A DNA stretch of 64,000 nt from an uncultured Chloroflexia bacterium (GTDB lineage: Bacteria > Chloroflexota > Limnocylindria > Limnocylindrales > CSP1-4): assembly GCA_963720825.1 (NCBI GenBank), contig CAVRGY010000009.1, positions 155,665-219,664 of the forward strand. Direction: 5' to 3'. The stretch's first letter is position 1. Each line of letters starts with the position of its first letter. This document shows, one piece after another, positions 9,837 through 21,039 of the stretch. Position numbers and translations under genes: made by a program. The notes under the pieces were generated by a model that worked only from the letters and a program-made list of their open reading frames with translations, had not been told where the DNA came from and made no database searches.

Positions 9837-11198
9837 ATGGGCCCAACCCTCCCGGCACGACCACCGTTCACGATCCGGGCTCGCGTGCTCACGCCGCTGC
9901 CTGCCGGTGGGACCCGCTACGAGCCCGACGGCCGCCTCGCCGTTGATGCGCGGGGGCTCATCACGGACGTAGGTCCGTGGGGCGACCAGCCGGCCGCGCT
10001 CGCGGGTGACGGCGACGGCCGTGACACGACCCCGACCCTCGACCTCCGGCCCCTCGTCCTCCTGCCGGGCATGGTCGACCTCCACGTGCACCTGCCGCAG
10101 CTGCCGGCCGCGGGCGTGGGCGCCGGCCTGCACCTGCTCGACTGGCTTGAGCGCTACATCTTCCCGCTCGAGCGCGCCTTCGACGAGCGGACCGCGGAGC
10201 GCCTCGCCCCGGCAGCGTTCGGGGCCTTCGCCGCGGCGGGCACCACCACCGCCGTGATCTACGGCGCCGTCTACGAGCCCTCGCTCGACGCCACGTTCCG
10301 CGCCGCCGAGACGCACGGCATCCGGGCTGTGATCGGCAAGGTGATGATGGACCGGGGCAGCTACGACGACCGGCTGCCGCCCGAGCGCGTGCTCGAGACC
10401 AGCCTCCGCCAGTCGGCCGACCTGTGCAGCCGCTGGCACGGTCGCGACGGCGGCCGGCTGCGCTACGCGTTCACCCCGCGGTTCGCCGTGTCCTGCACGC
10501 CGGACATGCTGCGCGAGTCGGCGGCGCTGGCCCGCTCGACCGGCGCCTACTGGCAGACCCACCTGTCCGAGGACCGGCACGAGCTGCGCGAGGTGGCGCG
10601 GCTGCACCCGGACGCGATCGACTACCTCGACGTGTACGACCGGGCGGGCGCCCTGGGCGACCGGACGATCATGGCCCACGCCATTCACCTGTCGGACCGT
10701 GAGGTCGCACGACTCGCCGAGACCGACACCGCGATCGCCCACTGCCCGGCATCGAACCTGTTCCTTGCCTCGGGTGCCATGCGCCTGGACCGGTACCGGG
10801 CCGCAGGGCTCCGGGTGGGCCTCGGGTCCGACGTGTCGGGCGGTCCTGAGCTCTCGCTGTTCGCCAACATGCGTGCGGGGGCGTACACGCAGAGCGGGCT
10901 GGGCGTGCTCGACGAGGGGCGGGGGCAGGCGCCCCTCGGACCGCTGGACTGGCTGCGGGTCGGAACGCTTGACGGCGCGCGTGCGCTTGGCCTCGACGGG
11001 GAGATCGGCTCGCTCGAGCCGGGCAAGGAGGCCGACCTGATCGCCGTCGACCCGCGCCTCGTAGCCCCGATCGAGGGCATCGACTCGGACGAGCCGGACG
11101 AGATCATGTCGCGCCTGGCCTTCCGGCCGCATCCGGCGATGGTCCGTGCCGCCTGGGTCCGCGGCCGGCTGCTCGACGGTCCGCCGGGGCCGGCGTGA
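9837..11198 (+). CDS. guaD: guanine deaminase (amidohydrolase superfamily)
   Basis: Starts at ATG 9837. It carries 'PGMVDLHVHLPQ', 'WQTHLSEDRHE', 'MAHAIHL', 'HCPASNLFLASG' and 'GLGSDVSGG'. It lies at the head of the purine cluster. Confidence 0.8.
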   Translation: MGPTLPARPPFTIRARVLTPLPAGGTRYEPDGRLAVDARGLITDVGPWGDQPAALAGDGDGRDTTPTLDLRPLVLLPGMVDLHVHLPQLPAAGVGAGLHLLDWLERYIFPLERAFDERTAERLAPAAFGAFAAAGTTTAVIYGAVYEPSLDATFRAAETHGIRAVIGKVMMDRGSYDDRLPPERVLETSLRQSADLCSRWHGRDGGRLRYAFTPRFAVSCTPDMLRESAALARSTGAYWQTHLSEDRHELREVARLHPDAIDYLDVYDRAGALGDRTIMAHAIHLSDREVARLAETDTAIAHCPASNLFLASGAMRLDRYRAAGLRVGLGSDVSGGPELSLFANMRAGAYTQSGLGVLDEGRGQAPLGPLDWLRVGTLDGARALGLDGEIGSLEPGKEADLIAVDPRLVAPIEGIDSDEPDEIMSRLAFRPHPAMVRAAWVRGRLLDGPPGPA

Positions 11199-11226
11199 CG
11201 GACCGGCACGCCGCCCCGCAACCACG

Positions 11227-12826
11227 ATGACGCGCGACGTCGACCTGCTGCTCGAGGGCGGCACCGTCGTCGACGGCACGGGTGCGCCCGGATACCCGGC
11301 CAGCGTGGCCGTCGCCGGTGACCGGATCGTGCTCCCGGCGCCGGGGGAGACGCTCCGCGCCGCCCGCACCTGTGACGCCACGGGGCTCGTGATCGCGCCC
11401 GGGTTCATCGACCTCCACAGCCACGGCGGGCTGGTGATGCTCGCCGAGCCGCGCCACGAGCCGAAGGTCCGACAGGGCGTCACGACCGAGGTGATCGGGG
11501 TGGACGGCAACTCGTACGCCCCGTTCCCGGATCCCGGCGACCTGCGTGACTTCGTGGTCCTCAACGGCGGGCTCGACGGCCGGCCCGAGCTCGACTACGA
11601 CTGGGCGACCGTCGCCGAGCACCTTGCCCGGTACGACCGCCGGGTCGCCGTGAACATCGCCTGCGTCGTCGGCAACTCGCCGCTCCGGATCGCGGCGCTG
11701 GGCTGGGACGACGTCGAGGCCGGCGCGACCGCGATCGCCGACCAGCGGTCGCGGCTGCGCGAGGCGATGGAGGATGGCGCCTTCGGGCTGTCGACGGGGC
11801 TCGACTACCCGCCGGGCTCGTACGCGACGACGGCCGAGCTCGCGGCGATCGCGACCGAGGCCGCCCGGCTCGGCGGCATCTACCACACGCACGTCCGCTA
11901 TCCGCTGGGCGACGGCTTCCTGGACCCGTTCCGCGAGGCGATCGACATCGGGCGGCGGAGCGGTGCGCCGGTCCACATCACCCACTTCTACCACCGGGCC
12001 ACGTTCCCGGGAACGCCCGACCAGATGCTCGCGCTGGTCGACGATGCGCGCGCCGAGGGCCTCGACGTCAGCTTCGACCTGTACCCATCGGAATGGGCGA
12101 GCACGCGACTGCTGATCATGCTGCCGGAGTGGGTCCATGCCGGCGGCATCGGGCCGCTGCGCGAACGGCTCGCCGACCGCGGGATGCGTGCCCGGATCCG
12201 CGACGAGCTCCGCGCACGGGGCCGGCTGTTCGCGGGCGACCGTACCTGGGACGAGCTGCGGATCGGCGCGCTCACCCGCCCCGAGCACCTGGAGTGGGAG
12301 GGGCGGATGCTGGGCGACCTCATGCGCGCGACCGGGCGCGACGCCGTGGACGCGATCTGCGACCTGCTGCTCGCGGAGGACCTGCGCGTCAACCAGGTGA
12401 CGCCCGGGACCGCACCGCGACGGGATCCGGCGGTTCCTCCAGCATCCCGGGGCGATGATCGGGACCGACGGGGTGCTGATCGGCGACAAGCCCGCGCCCC
12501 GGACGTACGGCTCCTACCCGCGGATCCTGGGCGAGCTCGTCCGGGAGGAGCGCTGGCTGGGTCTCGAGGCGGCCGTCCACCGGATGACGGGCGCGCCGGC
12601 GGCGCGGCTCGGGCTCGCGGATCGGGGTCGGATCGCCGACGGCCTCGCCGCCGACCTCGTCGCGTTCGATCCGGCCACGATCGCGTCCCGGGCGACCTAC
12701 GACGATCCGCGCCGCTTCCCGGTGGGGATCCCGCTGGTGCTCGTCAACGGCGTGCCGGTGATCGACGGCGGCGAGCACACGGGCGCGACGCCGGGGCGCT
12801 CGCTGCGGCGCGGACATCACGGGTGA
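11227..12826 (+). CDS. N-acyl-D-amino-acid deacylase (D-aminoacylase)-like amidohydrolase, one frame break near 12409
   Basis: 'DLLLEGGTVVDGTG...GFIDLHSHG' and 'GIYHTHVRY' are followed, after the break, by 'HRDGIRRFLQHPGAMIGTDGVLIGDKPAPRTYGSYPRILG' in the frame of ORF 12455..12826. Confidence 0.7.
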
Positions 12827-12917
12827 GGTGCCGGCGGGCGGTCATGGACGGCCCGTCGCTTGACACGCGCTGGTGCACCGTTCCACCCTTCCGGGAACCC
12901 CACGGAGGCAGTCCACG

Positions 12918-15301
12918 TTGACGATCGATCGGGCGCCTCGGCGCCCATCCGGCCCGGCTTCCGCGACGGCAGCGCCGGCCCCCGTCGTGGCGCCACCGCG
13001 TTCCGGCACAGGCATCGGGCGGGCGACGCCGGCCCGGCGTGAGGGCCCGGCCAAGCTCACCGGAACGGCCGCCTACGCCGACGACCTCGTGTTCCCGGGC
13101 GCCTGGTACGGCGCCACGATCCGGTCGACCGACGCCCATGCCCACCTCCTCGGCATCGACCTTGGCGCGGACTTCCCCTGGGACCGCGTCGTCGTGGTCA
13201 CCGCGGCCGACATCCCGGGCCGCAACATCGTGGCCAGCATCGCGGCGGACCAGCCGATCCTGGTCCCCATCGGCGGCGAGATCCGGCACCAGGCGGAGCC
13301 GGTCGCGCTGGTCGCCGCACCGGACCGCGACACGCTGCGCGAGGCGCGTCGCCGGATCGGGCTCCGGACGGAGCCCCTGCCCCCGGTGTTCGATCCGCTC
13401 GCCTCGGACGTCGTGTTCGAGCACTTCGAGCTTGGCCGGGGCGACGTGGACGCCGCGCTGGCTGCCGCCGACGTCGTGATCGAGGGCACCTACCGGGTCG
13501 GCCACCAGGAGCAGCTGTACATCGAGAACAACGCGATGATCGCGCTGCCCCGCGAGGACGGCGGGATCACCGTCCACGGCAGCCTCCAGTGCCCGTACTA
13601 CGTGCACCGCGCGCTGATCGCGGGCCTCGGCCTCGACGACGCCCACGTCCAGGTCGTGCAGGCGGAGACGGGCGGCGGGTTCGGCGGCAAGGAGGAGTAC
13701 CCGTCGATGATCGCCCTCCACGCGGCGCTGCTCGCGCGCCGGACCGGGCGACCCGTGCGCATGATCTACGACCGCCACGAGGACCTGTCCGCGACCACCA
13801 AGCGCCACCCGGCCGTGATCCATCACCGGACCGGGCTGACCCGCGACGGGCGGATCGTGGCCCAGGACATCGACCTCGTGCTCGATGGCGGCGCGTACAC
13901 GACCCTCACGCCCGTCGTGCTGTCGCGGGCGACCATCCACGCCGGCGGCCCGTACGACGTCGACAACGTCCGGATCCGGTCCCGCGCCGTGGCCACCAAC
14001 ACGCCCCCCAACGGCGCGTTCCGCGGCTTTGGCGCGCCGCAGGCGGAGTTCGCCGCAGAGATGCAGGTCAACCGCGCCGCGGACGCGCTGGGGATGTCGC
14101 CGCTCGAGATCCGGCGGCGCAACGCGTACCGTCCGGGCGGGATCACGGCGACCCACCAGGTGCTGGCCGATGACGTCGCCGCGCTCGAGGTCCTGGATCG
14201 CGCCGCCGAGGCCTCGGAGCTCGAGCGGACGCGCGCGCGGACGGCGGCCGAGCGCGCCGAGCAGACTCGCCCGATGCCCGGACGGCGCGCGGGATCGGGC
14301 TCGCCCTGGCCTGGCACGGCGCGGGCTTCACCGGCTCGGGCGAGGAGAAGATGGGCTCGATCGCGAGCATCGAGCTGACCGCGGACGGCCGGATCCGGGT
14401 CCTGACCGCGTCGACCGAGATGGGGCAGGGGACCAAGACGATCTTCCCGCAGCTGGTCGCGGGCGAGCTCGGGATCGACATCGACGCCGTCGAGCTGGCG
14501 CCCCAGGACACCTCGATCGTGCCCGACTCCGGACCCACCGTCGCTTCCCGGACGGCGATGGTCGTGGGCGGCCTGCTGGTCAACGCCGCGCGGCGTCTCA
14601 AGGCGGAGGTCGAGGATCGAACCGGCCGCGACTTCGGCCTGTCATATCCGGACGACGCCCGGGGCCACGGTGCAACCCGCATCGACGAGCAGTTCGCGCC
14701 GTACCCGGGCCGCCACTTCGACGACGCGACCTACACCGGCGACGCCTACCCGTCGTACGGCTGGGCCGCCGCCGTGGCCGAGGTCGAGGTGGACCTCGAC
14801 ACCTGCGAGGTCTCGGTCCTGTCCGTCGTGGCGGCGGACGACGTCGGGCGCGTGATCCACCGCGTCCTGTGCGAGGGCCAGGTCGAGGGCGGCACCCTCC
14901 AGGCCGTGGGCTACGCGACGATCGAGGAGATCAAGCTGCTCGACGGCCGGTACCTCAACGACCGGCTCCAGACGTACCTGATCCCGACGGCGCTCGATGC
15001 ACCCCGGATCGAGACGATCCTGGTCGAGGCCCCATTCGAGGATGCGCCGCACGGCGCCAAGGGGGTCGGCGAGCTGCCGATGGACGTCGGCGCACCGGCG
15101 GTCGTGGCCGCGATCCACGATGCGACGGGTGCCTGGATCCATGACCTGCCCGCCACGCCGGAACGGATCCTGGCCGCGCTGGCCGGCATCGAGCCGCCGG
15201 GCCCGCCGGGCGTTTCCGCCGTGTCGGCGCCCGCGCCCGGCGCAGTCACGCCCGCGGCGACCTCGTCGGCCCGCCCCGCCACCGGAGGGCCGGCCGCATG
15301 A
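12918..15301 (+). CDS. xanthine dehydrogenase-family molybdopterin-binding large subunit, one frame break near 14273
   Basis: TTG 12918 has GGAGG 9 nt upstream. Motifs include 'GPAKLTGTAAYADD', 'ETGGGFGGKE', 'NGAFRGFGAPQ' and, after the break, 'GIGLALAWHGAGF..EMGQGTKT' and 'PHGAKGVGELP'. Confidence 0.85.
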
Positions 15302-15792
15302 GCTGGCAGCTGGTCGTCAACGGCGACCCGGTATCGGTCGACGCGCCGGGCATGCGGCGGCTGCTCGACGTGCTCCGCGAGGACCTCGGGCTCACCGGCA
15401 CCAAGGAGGGCTGCGGGGAGGGCGAGTGCGGCGCCTGCACCGTGCTGATCGACGGTGAGGCGATCCTGAGCTGTCTCGTCCCGGTGTGCCAGGTCGAGGG
15501 TGCCGACGTGCGCACGGTTGAGGGCCTCGCCCCGGCGCCCGGCCAGCTGGGTGTGCTCCAGGACGCGTTCCTCGAAGCGGGTGGCGCCCAGTGCGGGATC
15601 TGCACCCCGGGCATGCTGATGGCCGCCAAGGCGTTCCTGGCCTCGGGCGCCGAACCGACCGACGGCGCGATCCGCGAGGCGATCGCGGGCAACCTGTGCC
15701 GGTGCACGGGCTATACCAAGATCATCGATTCGATCCGGCTGGCCGCCGAACGGACTGGAGCGGGCGCCTCCCCGGACGGAGGACCGGCCTGA
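15298..15792 (+). CDS. xanthine dehydrogenase-family [2Fe-2S]-binding small subunit
   Basis: Carries 'GCGEGECGACTV' and 'QCGICTPGMLM...NLCRCTGY'. Its ATG overlaps the upstream stop (ATGA). Confidence 0.9.
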   Translation: MSWQLVVNGDPVSVDAPGMRRLLDVLREDLGLTGTKEGCGEGECGACTVLIDGEAILSCLVPVCQVEGADVRTVEGLAPAPGQLGVLQDAFLEAGGAQCGICTPGMLMAAKAFLASGAEPTDGAIREAIAGNLCRCTGYTKIIDSIRLAAERTGAGASPDGGPA

Positions 15793-16673
15793 TGCCCGTC
15801 GAGCCCCCGGTCGTCTCGCCGCGCTCGCTCGCCGAGGCGTTCGCGCTGCTGGCCGAGCAGCCATACCGCCCGCTGGCCGGCGGCACGGACCTGCTCGTCC
15901 AGCTGACCGGCGAGCTCGGTCCGGCCCCGGAGCGCGTCCTCAACCTGTGGCAGCTGGACGAGCTCCGCGGGATCGAGGTGCGGGGCAACGTCCTCGAGCT
16001 CGGGGCGCTGACCACGTATACCGGGATCCGGCGCTCCGCCGCCTGCCAGGCGCACGCCCCCTCGCTCGTGGACGCCGCCGCAACGATCGGGGCGGTGCAG
16101 ATCCAGCATCGGGGCACCATCGGCGGCAACGTGATGAACGCCTCCCCGGCCGGCGACACGCTGCCGGTGCTGCTGGCCCTCGACGCGGTGCTCGTGCTGG
16201 GCAGCACGACCGGCGAGCGCGAGGTCGCCGCGGCCGACTTCTGGCCCGCGTACCGGCGGACCGCGGCGCGTCCGGACGAGCTGCTCGTGCGGGTCCGGAT
16301 CCCGGTGGTCGCGGACCGCGAGCAGCGGTTCCGGAAGGTCGGCACGCGACGCGCCCAGGCCATCTCCAAGGTCGTGGTCGCGGCGGCGTGGCGCGGCGTG
16401 GATGCCTGGCGGGACGTGCGGATCGCGCTTGGCTCGGTGGCCCCGACCCCGATCCGGGTGTCCGCGGCCGAGGCCGCGCTCGAGGGCCGTCCGCGCGACC
16501 TCGCATCGATCGAGGCGGCGGTCGCGGCGCTGGGATCGGCGATCAACCCCATCGACGACGTCAGGTCGACGGCCGCCTACCGGCGCGAGGCCGCCCGGCG
16601 GGTCGTGCGGCGGCTGCTCGCCGAGGCCGCCGGGGTCCATGGCGACGCGACGATCCACGGAGGTGCAGCGTGA
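15792..16673 (+). CDS. xanthine dehydrogenase-family FAD-binding subunit
   Basis: Carries 'PLAGGTDLLVQL', 'IQHRGTIGGNVMNASPAGD' and 'DDVRSTAAYRREAA'. Its start overlaps the upstream stop (TGATG). Confidence 0.85.
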   Translation: MPVEPPVVSPRSLAEAFALLAEQPYRPLAGGTDLLVQLTGELGPAPERVLNLWQLDELRGIEVRGNVLELGALTTYTGIRRSAACQAHAPSLVDAAATIGAVQIQHRGTIGGNVMNASPAGDTLPVLLALDAVLVLGSTTGEREVAAADFWPAYRRTAARPDELLVRVRIPVVADREQRFRKVGTRRAQAISKVVVAAAWRGVDAWRDVRIALGSVAPTPIRVSAAEAALEGRPRDLASIEAAVAALGSAINPIDDVRSTAAYRREAARRVVRRLLAEAAGVHGDATIHGGAA

Positions 16674-17540
16674 CCGAGCTCGGCCCGAACCGGTACGGCA
16701 AGCAGTCGATCCGGCTGGTGCGCGTGATCCGCGGACCCGTCGACCGCGTCCGCGACCTCACCGTGGACGTGTCGCTCGAGGGCACGTTCGAGGCGGCCTT
16801 CCTCGACGGGGACAACGCGTCGGTCGTGGCGACGGACACCATGAAGAACACGGTGTACGCGCTCGCGCCCGAGCACCTCACCGGCGCCATCGAGCCGTTC
16901 GCGATCGACCTCGCGCGCCACTTCGTCGACGTCCGATGCCGTCGCATCCGACGCCGTGTCGGCGGCCACCGTGACCATCCGCGAGCACGCCTGGGAGCCG
17001 ATCGGGGCCGGTGGTGCCCCGCCTCCCGATGCCTTCCGGCGCACGGGTGGCGCGATCCGGACCGCGGTCGCCGTCGCCTCATCGGCCGGGGCCGCCCCGA
17101 TCACGGTCGACGGCGGCATCGAGGATCTGGTCGTCATGAAGACCCGGCGCTCCGCGTTCTCGGGCTTCGCACGCGACCGCTACACGACGCTGCGCGAGGT
17201 GCGCGACCGGATCATGGCCACCCGCGTCAGCGCAACGTGGCGCCACGCGGGCACGACCGCGGACTGGGACGCGCGCCACGACGGGCTCGTGCGCACGTTG
17301 CTGGCCACCTTCGCCGACCACGACAGCGAGTCCGTCCAGCATTCGATCTGGGTGATCGCGAACGCCATGCTGGCCGCCGAGCCCGGGATCACCGAGGTCA
17401 CGATGCGGCTGCCGAACCTCCATCACTGGCTGGTCGACCTGGCGCCGTTCGGCGGCACCAACGAGGGCGAGATCTTCGTGGCCACGAGCGAGCCCTACGG
17501 CATGATCGAGGCGACCGTCCGCCGGTCGGCCGGCGCGTGA
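16670..17540 (+). CDS. urate oxidase (uricase), one frame break near 16935
   Basis: GTG 16670 overlaps the upstream TGA. 'YGKQSIRLVRV...DGDNASVVATDTMKNTVYALA' is the uricase N-terminus. The C-terminal part continues in ORF 16956..17540 ('SVQHSIW', 'LPNLHHW', 'EPYGMIEATV'). Confidence 0.8.
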
Positions 17541-19143
17541 CCGGTCGCGTGACCCGGCTCGCGCCGGGGGTCGAGGTCGACGGCCCCGATGTCGCCGGTG
17601 CCGACGAGATCCTGACCGCGGAGGCGGCCGCGTTCCTGGGTGATCTCGAGCGCCGGTTCCGCGACGAGCGCGTCTGCCCTGCTCGGGCGTCGCGCGGAGC
17701 GCCACGCGCGCATCGATGCAGGGGAGCGGCCCGGCTTCCTCGCCGCGACCGCGGACATCCGGGCGGCAACGTGGCAGGTGGCGCCGGCGCCGGCGGACCT
17801 CGACGACCGGCGGGTGGAGATCACCGGACCGGCCGAGCCCCGGATGATGATCAACGCCCTCAACTCCGGCGCGTCCGTGTTCATGGCCGACTTCGAGGAT
17901 GCGCTGAGCCCCGGCTGGGCCAACATCGTCGGCGGCCAGGTCGCGATCCGGGATGCCGTCCGGCGGACCCTCGCATTCGACACGCCCGAGAAGTCGTACC
18001 GCCTCAACGAGCGCACCGCGACGCTGCTCGTCCGGCCGCGCGGCTGGCACCTCGAGGAGCGGCACCTGCTGGTCGACGGCCGCCCGATGTCCGCGAGCCT
18101 GTTCGACGCGGGCCTGTTCCTGTTCCACGACGCCGCCGAGGCGCTCGCCCGCGGGACAGGGCCCTATCTCTACCTGCCCAAGCTCGAGTCGCACCTCGAG
18201 GCGCGGCTGTGGAACGACGTGTTCGTCCATGCCCAGGCCGCGGCGGGCGTCCCGCGGGGGTCGGTCCGGGCCACGGTGCTGATCGAGACCATCCTCGCCG
18301 CGTTCGAGATGGACGAGATCCTGTACGAGCTCCGCGACCACGCCGCGGGCCTCAACGCCGGTCGCTGGGACTACATCTTCAGCGTGATCAAGCGGTTCCG
18401 CGGACGACCCGGCGTTCGTGCTCCCGGACCGGGGCCAGGTGACGATGGCCGTCCCGTTCATGCGCGCCTACACGCGGCTGCTGGTCGCGACCTGCCACCG
18501 GCGTGGCGCGCACGCGATCGGCGGCATGTCCGCGTTCATCCCCAACCGCCGCGAGCCGGAGGTGACGGCCAACGCGCTGGCCAAGGTCCGCGAGGACAAG
18601 GAGCGCGAGGCCGGCGACGGGTTCGACGGCACCTGGGTCGCCCACCCGGACCTGGTGCCCGTGGCGCGCGAGGTGTTCGACCGGGTGCTGGGCGACCGGC
18701 CGAACCAGAAGACGGCACCGGGCGACGCGTCGGCGACGGCATCGGCGCTGCTCGACGTGACCGTGCCCGGTGGGCGGGTCACCGAGGCCGGCGTCCGGCA
18801 GAACATCAGCGTTGCCATCCGCTATCTCGCGGCCTGGCTGGGCGGCAATGGGGCGGCCGCGATCGACAACCTGATGGAGGACGCCGCGACGGCGGAGATC
18901 TCGAGGTCGCAGCTGTGGCAGTGGCGGCGCCACGCGGTGGCCCTCGACGATGGGGCGCCGTTCACGGCCGACCGATACCGCGCCATCCGCGACGCCGAGC
19001 TGGAACGGATCGGGTCCGGCGGGGCGGCGGGGGAGGGGAAGCCGAACGTGTATCCGAGGCGACCGCGCTGCTCGACCGCCTGGTCCTGGACGATGACGTT
19101 CGCGGAGTTCCTGACCCTCGACGCTTACCGCCACCTCGCCTGA
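17537..19143 (+). pseudogene. aceB: malate synthase A, about 4 frame breaks (near 17675, 18402, 19035, 19095)
   Basis: GTG 17537 overlaps the uricase stop. Conserved blocks lie in three frames: '[17 protein letters not shown]', '[32 protein letters not shown]', '[18 protein letters not shown]', '[10 protein letters not shown]', 'MAVPFMRAY', '[11 protein letters not shown]', '[16 protein letters not shown]', '[14 protein letters not shown]'. Confidence 0.8.
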
Positions 19144-19203
19144 CGCGACCGGGCGGCGCCGCGCATCGTCCTGCCGACCGGGCCGGCGCGGCTGGAAGCA
19201 CGC

Positions 19204-20603
19204 CTAGCGCATCGGCTCCAGCTCGCGCTCGACGAACCGACCGTAGCCTCGCTGCCCGACGAAGACCCCGTCGCGGACGACGAACCGGCCGCGGACGATC
19301 GTCGACCGGACGGCGCCCCGGACCTCGCGGCCCTCGTAGGGGGTGTAGTCGCTCGAGTGGTGAAGTTCGGCGGCGCGGATCGTCCGCTGCGCCGCCGGAT
19401 CGAACAGCACCAGGTCGGCGTCGCGACCCACCTCGATCGCTCCCTTCGCGCGCAGCCCGAATAGCCGGGCGGGCGTCGTCGACAGCCGGTCGACCAGGCG
19501 TTCCACGCGGGATCCGGCCGCCGGCGACGCCTTCGTCCCAGGCAAGCGTCAGCAGCGTCTCGATCCCCGGACCGCCGTTGGAGATCCGGTCGAACGATTC
19601 GCGCCACGACTGCTTCTCGATGCCGATCCGGTCCGGGACGTGGTCGGTGGCGATCAGCGACAGCGAGCCATCGGCGAGCCCGTCCCACAACGCGTCGGGG
19701 TTGCCCGGCGCCCGCAGCGGCGGCGAGATCACGAAGCGGGCGGCGACCTCCGGCGGGGCGTCGTAGCGATCCTCGGTCAGCGTCAGGTACTGGGGGCACG
19801 TCTCGGCGAACACCGGCCGCCCCTCATCGCGCCCGCGGCGGACGGCCGCCAGCGCCTCCGCGGAGGACAGGTGGACGACGTACAGCGGCGCATCGGCAGC
19901 GCGCGCGAGCGCGATCGCGCGGGTCGTCGCCTCGGCCTCGACGTATGGCGGCCGCGAGCTCGCGTGGAACCGCGGCGCGACCTCGCCGGCCGCGAGGTGG
20001 CGCGCCGTCAGCGACTCCAGGATGGTCCGGTTCTCGCAATGGACCTCGAGCATGCCGCCGTGCGCGCCGGCCGCGGCGAGCGCCCGGAACAGCGTGGCGT
20101 CGTCCACGCCGAAGTCGTAGACCATGAACGCCTTGGCGGTCGGGACGCCGGCCTCGATCACCCGCGGCAGCTCGCCGACCGGGTCCGCCTGCATGGCGGT
20201 GACCACCAGGCTGAGCGCGACATCGACCGCCGCGTCGCCGTCGGTGGCCGCCCGCCATTCGCGGAGCCCGGTCACCAGCGACCGCGCGGCCGCGGGCGAC
20301 GACCCGGTCCCCGGGTTGTTGAACGCGAGGAACGTGGTCGTGCCGCCGAACGCCGCGGCGACCGAGTCCGCGAAGAACCGGTCCGGCTCGGCGTCGGTGG
20401 CGACCCGCGTGTGCGTATGGACGTCCACCACGCCCGGCAGCACCAGCAGGCCCGCGGCCTCGACGACCTCGCGGGCCGTCCCGGCGAGCGCCGCCCAGGT
20501 CCGGCTCCACGGCCGAGATCCGCCCGCCATCGACGGCCACGTCGGCGACCCGCGATCCGCCCGCCGTCACGACCGTGCCGCCGCGGACGACCAGGTCGGT
20601 CAT
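19204..20603 (-). CDS. dihydropyrimidinase/D-hydantoinase-type cyclic amidohydrolase, two frame breaks (near 20490 and 19525)
   Basis: '[16 protein letters not shown]', 'PGVVDVHTH', 'MLEVHCEN', 'LYVVHLS', 'ETCPQYL', 'ISPPLR' and 'IATDH' are followed by the C-terminus '[17 protein letters not shown]...[11 protein letters not shown]' in ORF 19204..19545. Confidence 0.8.
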
Positions 20604-20605
20604 CG

Positions 20606-21025
20606 TCAGCCCTCGCTGATCTCGATGTCCTGGGCGCCGTCCCACAGGCAGCGACGGCCCATCTCCCGCAGCCGCTCCTCCCAGCCCTCGTCGGGCAGGA
20701 TGGAGGCGAAATGGTTCGCGGCCAGCTGGCCGACCTTGGACGAGGTCGTGCAGGCGCCATACGGGAAGAAGATCTCGCATTCGGAGACGCCGCCCGGGTA
20801 CAGCGCGAGGTGCCCGGGTGCCGGGTGCGAGGTGTGGTGCTCCCAGCCCACATCCGGTCGCAGGTCGCCGTACGGGATCCAGGTGGACTCGCCGCTCCAG
20901 CGGCAGTGGATCAGGCGCGCGTGCAGGGGGAGCATCGCGCGGATGATCTCGATCGTTCGCGGGGCCTCGGGCTCCCAGCGGGCGCTAAAGTGCAGGTCAC
21001 CGACACGGATCGACAGCTCGCTCAT
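20606..21025 (-). CDS. DUF3830 (cyclophilin-like fold) family protein
   Basis: Intact 139-aa ORF, 'MSELSIRVGDLHFSARWEPEAPRT...'. Its stop is 2 nt from the hydantoinase start. Confidence 0.6.
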   Translation of the reverse strand: MSELSIRVGDLHFSARWEPEAPRTIEIIRAMLPLHARLIHCRWSGESTWIPYGDLRPDVGWEHHTSHPAPGHLALYPGGVSECEIFFPYGACTTSSKVGQLAANHFASILPDEGWEERLREMGRRCLWDGAQDIEISEG

Positions 21026-21039
21026 CGGCGGAGGATACG

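Noticed and set aside
12860-12865. 'TTGACA' upstream of the XDH large subunit as an internal -35 promoter element.
   Set aside because: No acceptable -10 hexamer lies 16-19 nt downstream ('CCACCC'). A single hexamer match is not evidence.
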